The notes below the pieces were generated by a model. That model made no database searches and was not told where the DNA came from. It worked only from the letters and a program-made list of their open reading frames with translations. The translations under genes were made by a program, and so were the position numbers. A stretch of DNA of 36,948 nt from a bacterium (GTDB taxonomy: Bacteria; Zixibacteria; MSB-5A5; GN15; FEB-12): the NCBI GenBank assembly GCA_043811375.1, contig JBDRNJ010000005.1, positions 1 to 36,948 of the forward strand, given 5' to 3'. Every line of letters starts with the position of its first letter. Position 1 is the first letter of the stretch. Shown in pieces: positions 34,526-36,948 of the stretch.

Positions 34526-36946
34526 TTATTTCAGCAGTAACATTTTCTTCGTCGCTGAACGGTCACCGGCACGCAGGCGATAGAAATAGACTCCGGAAGC
34601 CAGTTCGGAGGCATCCCACTCAACCGTCACCAATCCGGCTTCGGCCCTTTCGCTAAACTCGGTCACCTCCTGGCCGGTAACGTTGTAAATAGTCAGCGTA
34701 TAGTCGCTCGCTGCCGGCAGACTGAAGCTGATGGTCGTGGTCGGGTTGAACGGGTTAGGATAGTTGTGGTGCAGTGCAAATTCGACCGGAGCTTCAACCG
34801 CCCTCACCACGGCACCCTGATAGCTGCCTAACTCGATGCTGACGACACTGCCACCGGCATCAAGGAACTGCCCACTGAAATCATTCCCTTCGAGCGAGTA
34901 TACCAGGGTACGGGTAACATCGGCCTCACGATCGTAGTTGTACTTCATCTCCATGCCGTTCGCCAGCAGCGTCGGCGTGGCCTGGCCTTCGATTACCACC
35001 AGCGCCGCTCCCATCCGACTGTTGACCGATACGACGCCGTTGTCGACTCGGTAAGTAGCTTCCACTGAAGCCAGTTTCGAGTACGGCAAAGCGTCACCAA
35101 CGACGACTCGTATCAGGTAGACCAGGTCACCGACCGTAAGCGCCAATCCATCGGAGTTACAATCGGAAGCGGCAATCTGCCCGTTCAGGTTGATACTGAA
35201 GGCGCTGAAACCATATACGAAGTAGTTGGTGAACACGACCGCGTCGGCAATCTCGTAAGCTACACCGTTGAGGTTGATATCACCGCGATCATCCAGGGAA
35301 TCGGCACAGGCGATATCTACGCCACCACTAATGAAGTCGATACACTGTATCGGAGCCGGCTTGCCTTCCCCCCCTCCTATCAGGCACTCCGACTGGACGC
35401 CGGTGTAAGTGGGGAATCCGGTATTGGGATCACTGATCTCTCCCACCCGGTCAAAACCATAGATGAAGCGCGACACCCACAGAGTGTCACCAGTCACGGA
35501 AGATATGGCATTGTCGTTGCAATCGGTCCAGAAAAAAGCAATCGGTGCATACTGACACTCGAAGAGGCGGTTGTCGGTCACGATGAAGTCGACCGTGAAC
35601 AGGACGAACGGCCCGGTCAGGCAGAAACAGGACGGGTGGTTAGCGCCATTGTTCAAATCGGCGATGGCAACTACACGAATGACACCACCCCAGAAGAAGT
35701 GCGGTTCATACGAAGGCCAGAACCAGGTGCGGTAGGTGAAGTATTCCCAGTCGCACAGATCAAACAGGTGGCCCGGCAGCACTGACTGGAAGTTAAGCGC
35801 AGACCGGTCATACACGATTAGAAAGTCGAAGCCGCCCCACTCAAAACAACATCCGCCGCTGTCAACGGTAACGTCGACGTATTCGTGCTGACCCTGGATG
35901 GTCAAGTGAGTCTTCTCTATAGCAATCACGGGGCAGCAAGTGTCACAGGTAACCTCGTAGACAAACGCCTGACAGGAATCCTTGCAGCCGGTGTCCAGAT
36001 CGGTGACCACTACTGTCTTGGTACCCAGGGCATCGTAGCGGGCATGGGCCGAACCCTGGCCGCTCACGGGAGCCGGGCTCCAAACGTACATCAGCGTACC
36101 CAGATCACCAGGGTTGTTGACCGTCACGGTGGCCGACGCCAACAGGCTGTCACAAGTCAGAGTATCACCTTCACAGGTCAGATCCGGTATAATGGTGGTG
36201 TCAGTAATAACGGCATCACAGGAATCTTTGCAGCCGGTGTCCGTATCGGTGACCACTACTTTCTTGACTCCGGGCGTGTAGTAGTGGACATGGTTAGTCC
36301 CCTGACCGTCCAGGGGAGCCGGGCTCCAGAAATACGTGACCGTACCCAGAGCACCGAGGTTGTTGACCGTCACGTTGGCACAGGCCGGCGGCGCCAGGCT
36401 GGTGTCACACGGCGCATTACCACCCGTGCAGGTCAGATCCGGTAGATCGGCGTCCTCAATAATAGTGGCCTCACAGGAATCTTTGCAGCCGCTGTCCACA
36501 TCGGTGACCACTACTCTCTTGGTACCCGGTGCGTTGTAGCGGGCATGGGCAGTACCCTGACCGGTCACGGGATAGGGAGTCCAGTCATAAGACAGAGTAC
36601 CCAGATCACCGGGGTTGTTGACCGTCACCGTGGCCGAGGCCAGCACGCTGTCACAAGTCAGAGTATCACCGGCACAGGTCAGATCCGGTATATCAACGTC
36701 CTCGGTAATAACGGCCTCACAGGAATCTTTGCAGCCGCTGTCCAGATCGATCACCACTACTTTATAGGTACCCGGGGCGTCGTAGCGGGCATGAGCCGTA
36801 CCGTCGCCACTTACGGGATCAGGAGTCCAGTTATAAGACAGAGTACCCAGATCACCGGGGTTGTTGACCGTCACCGTGGCCGAAGCCAGAGTGCTGTCAC
36901 AAGTCAGATCATCTCCGGCACAGGTCAGATCCGGTAGAACGACGTC
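34526..36946 (-). CDS. Large secreted surface protein, 5'-partial: Cys-containing Ig-like repeats, cohesin-like, dockerin-like and Por/T9SS-type C-terminal domains
   Basis: The frame stays open to the window edge. GGFDFLIVYD; GDINLNG..IADAV and DCNSDG..VGDLVYLI; NYPNPFNPTTTISF..SGVYFYRL..KKMLLLK. Confidence 0.8.
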   Translation of the reverse strand, partial: DVVLPDLTCAGDDLTCDSTLASATVTVNNPGDLGTLSYNWTPDPVSGDGTAHARYDAPGTYKVVVIDLDSGCKDSCEAVITEDVDIPDLTCAGDTLTCDSVLASATVTVNNPGDLGTLSYDWTPYPVTGQGTAHARYNAPGTKRVVVTDVDSGCKDSCEATIIEDADLPDLTCTGGNAPCDTSLAPPACANVTVNNLGALGTVTYFWSPAPLDGQGTNHVHYYTPGVKKVVVTDTDTGCKDSCDAVITDTTIIPDLTCEGDTLTCDSLLASATVTVNNPGDLGTLMYVWSPAPVSGQGSAHARYDALGTKTVVVTDLDTGCKDSCQAFVYEVTCDTCCPVIAIEKTHLTIQGQHEYVDVTVDSGGCCFEWGGFDFLIVYDRSALNFQSVLPGHLFDLCDWEYFTYRTWFWPSYEPHFFWGGVIRVVAIADLNNGANHPSCFCLTGPFVLFTVDFIVTDNRLFECQYAPIAFFWTDCNDNAISSVTGDTLWVSRFIYGFDRVGEISDPNTGFPTYTGVQSECLIGGGEGKPAPIQCIDFISGGVDIACADSLDDRGDINLNGVAYEIADAVVFTNYFVYGFSAFSINLNGQIAASDCNSDGLALTVGDLVYLIRVVVGDALPYSKLASVEATYRVDNGVVSVNSRMGAALVVIEGQATPTLLANGMEMKYNYDREADVTRTLVYSLEGNDFSGQFLDAGGSVVSIELGSYQGAVVRAVEAPVEFALHHNYPNPFNPTTTISFSLPAASDYTLTIYNVTGQEVTEFSERAEAGLVTVEWDASELASGVYFYRLRAGDRSATKKMLLLK

Positions 36947-36948
36947 CT
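35945..36948 (-). repeat. About four tandem 246-255 bp coding repeats (82-85 aa)
   Basis: The anchor CAGGTCAGATCCGGTA recurs at 36174, 36429, 36675 and 36921 (spacings 255, 246, 246). Confidence 0.92.

Noticed and set aside
35945..36948. Long repeats as a CRISPR array or DGR template/variable pair
   Set aside because: The units are contiguous in-frame coding repeats with no spacers, the differences are not confined to adenines, and no cas or reverse transcriptase gene is in the window.

Overview
Bacterial chromosomal window, most likely from a Gram-negative FCB-group anaerobe such as candidate division Zixibacteria. That assignment is an inference from the fused lpxC-fabZ and a large secreted protein with cohesin-like, dockerin-like and Por-type C-terminal domains. 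The AT-richer left end (1-4915) is a decayed accessory region: a diheme cytochrome c, a truncated IS3-family element, two 3'-half tRNA-fMet att remnants, an orphan NarL-type regulator and a standalone ATP-cone gene. An M14 carboxypeptidase follows. The centrepiece (8508-18641) is a sigma54/two-component-controlled operon coupling a HydABC/NuoEFG-like module (Cys-extended NuoE, NuoF-GltD fusion, NuoG-like Fe-S protein) to a standalone FMN glutamate-synthase domain protein with no glutaminase. Further right are an integrase-less ~1.9 kb island in tRNA-Lys(CTT), a Myb-like protein with protamine-like tails, and membrane/outer-membrane genes. The lipid A operon is interrupted by a membrane protein plus an unannotated 44-aa Lys/Pro peptide. 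The window ends with a nucleotidyltransferase, an Smr gene and a 5'-partial repeat-rich surface protein. All product calls come from motif recognition by eye; no searches were run.
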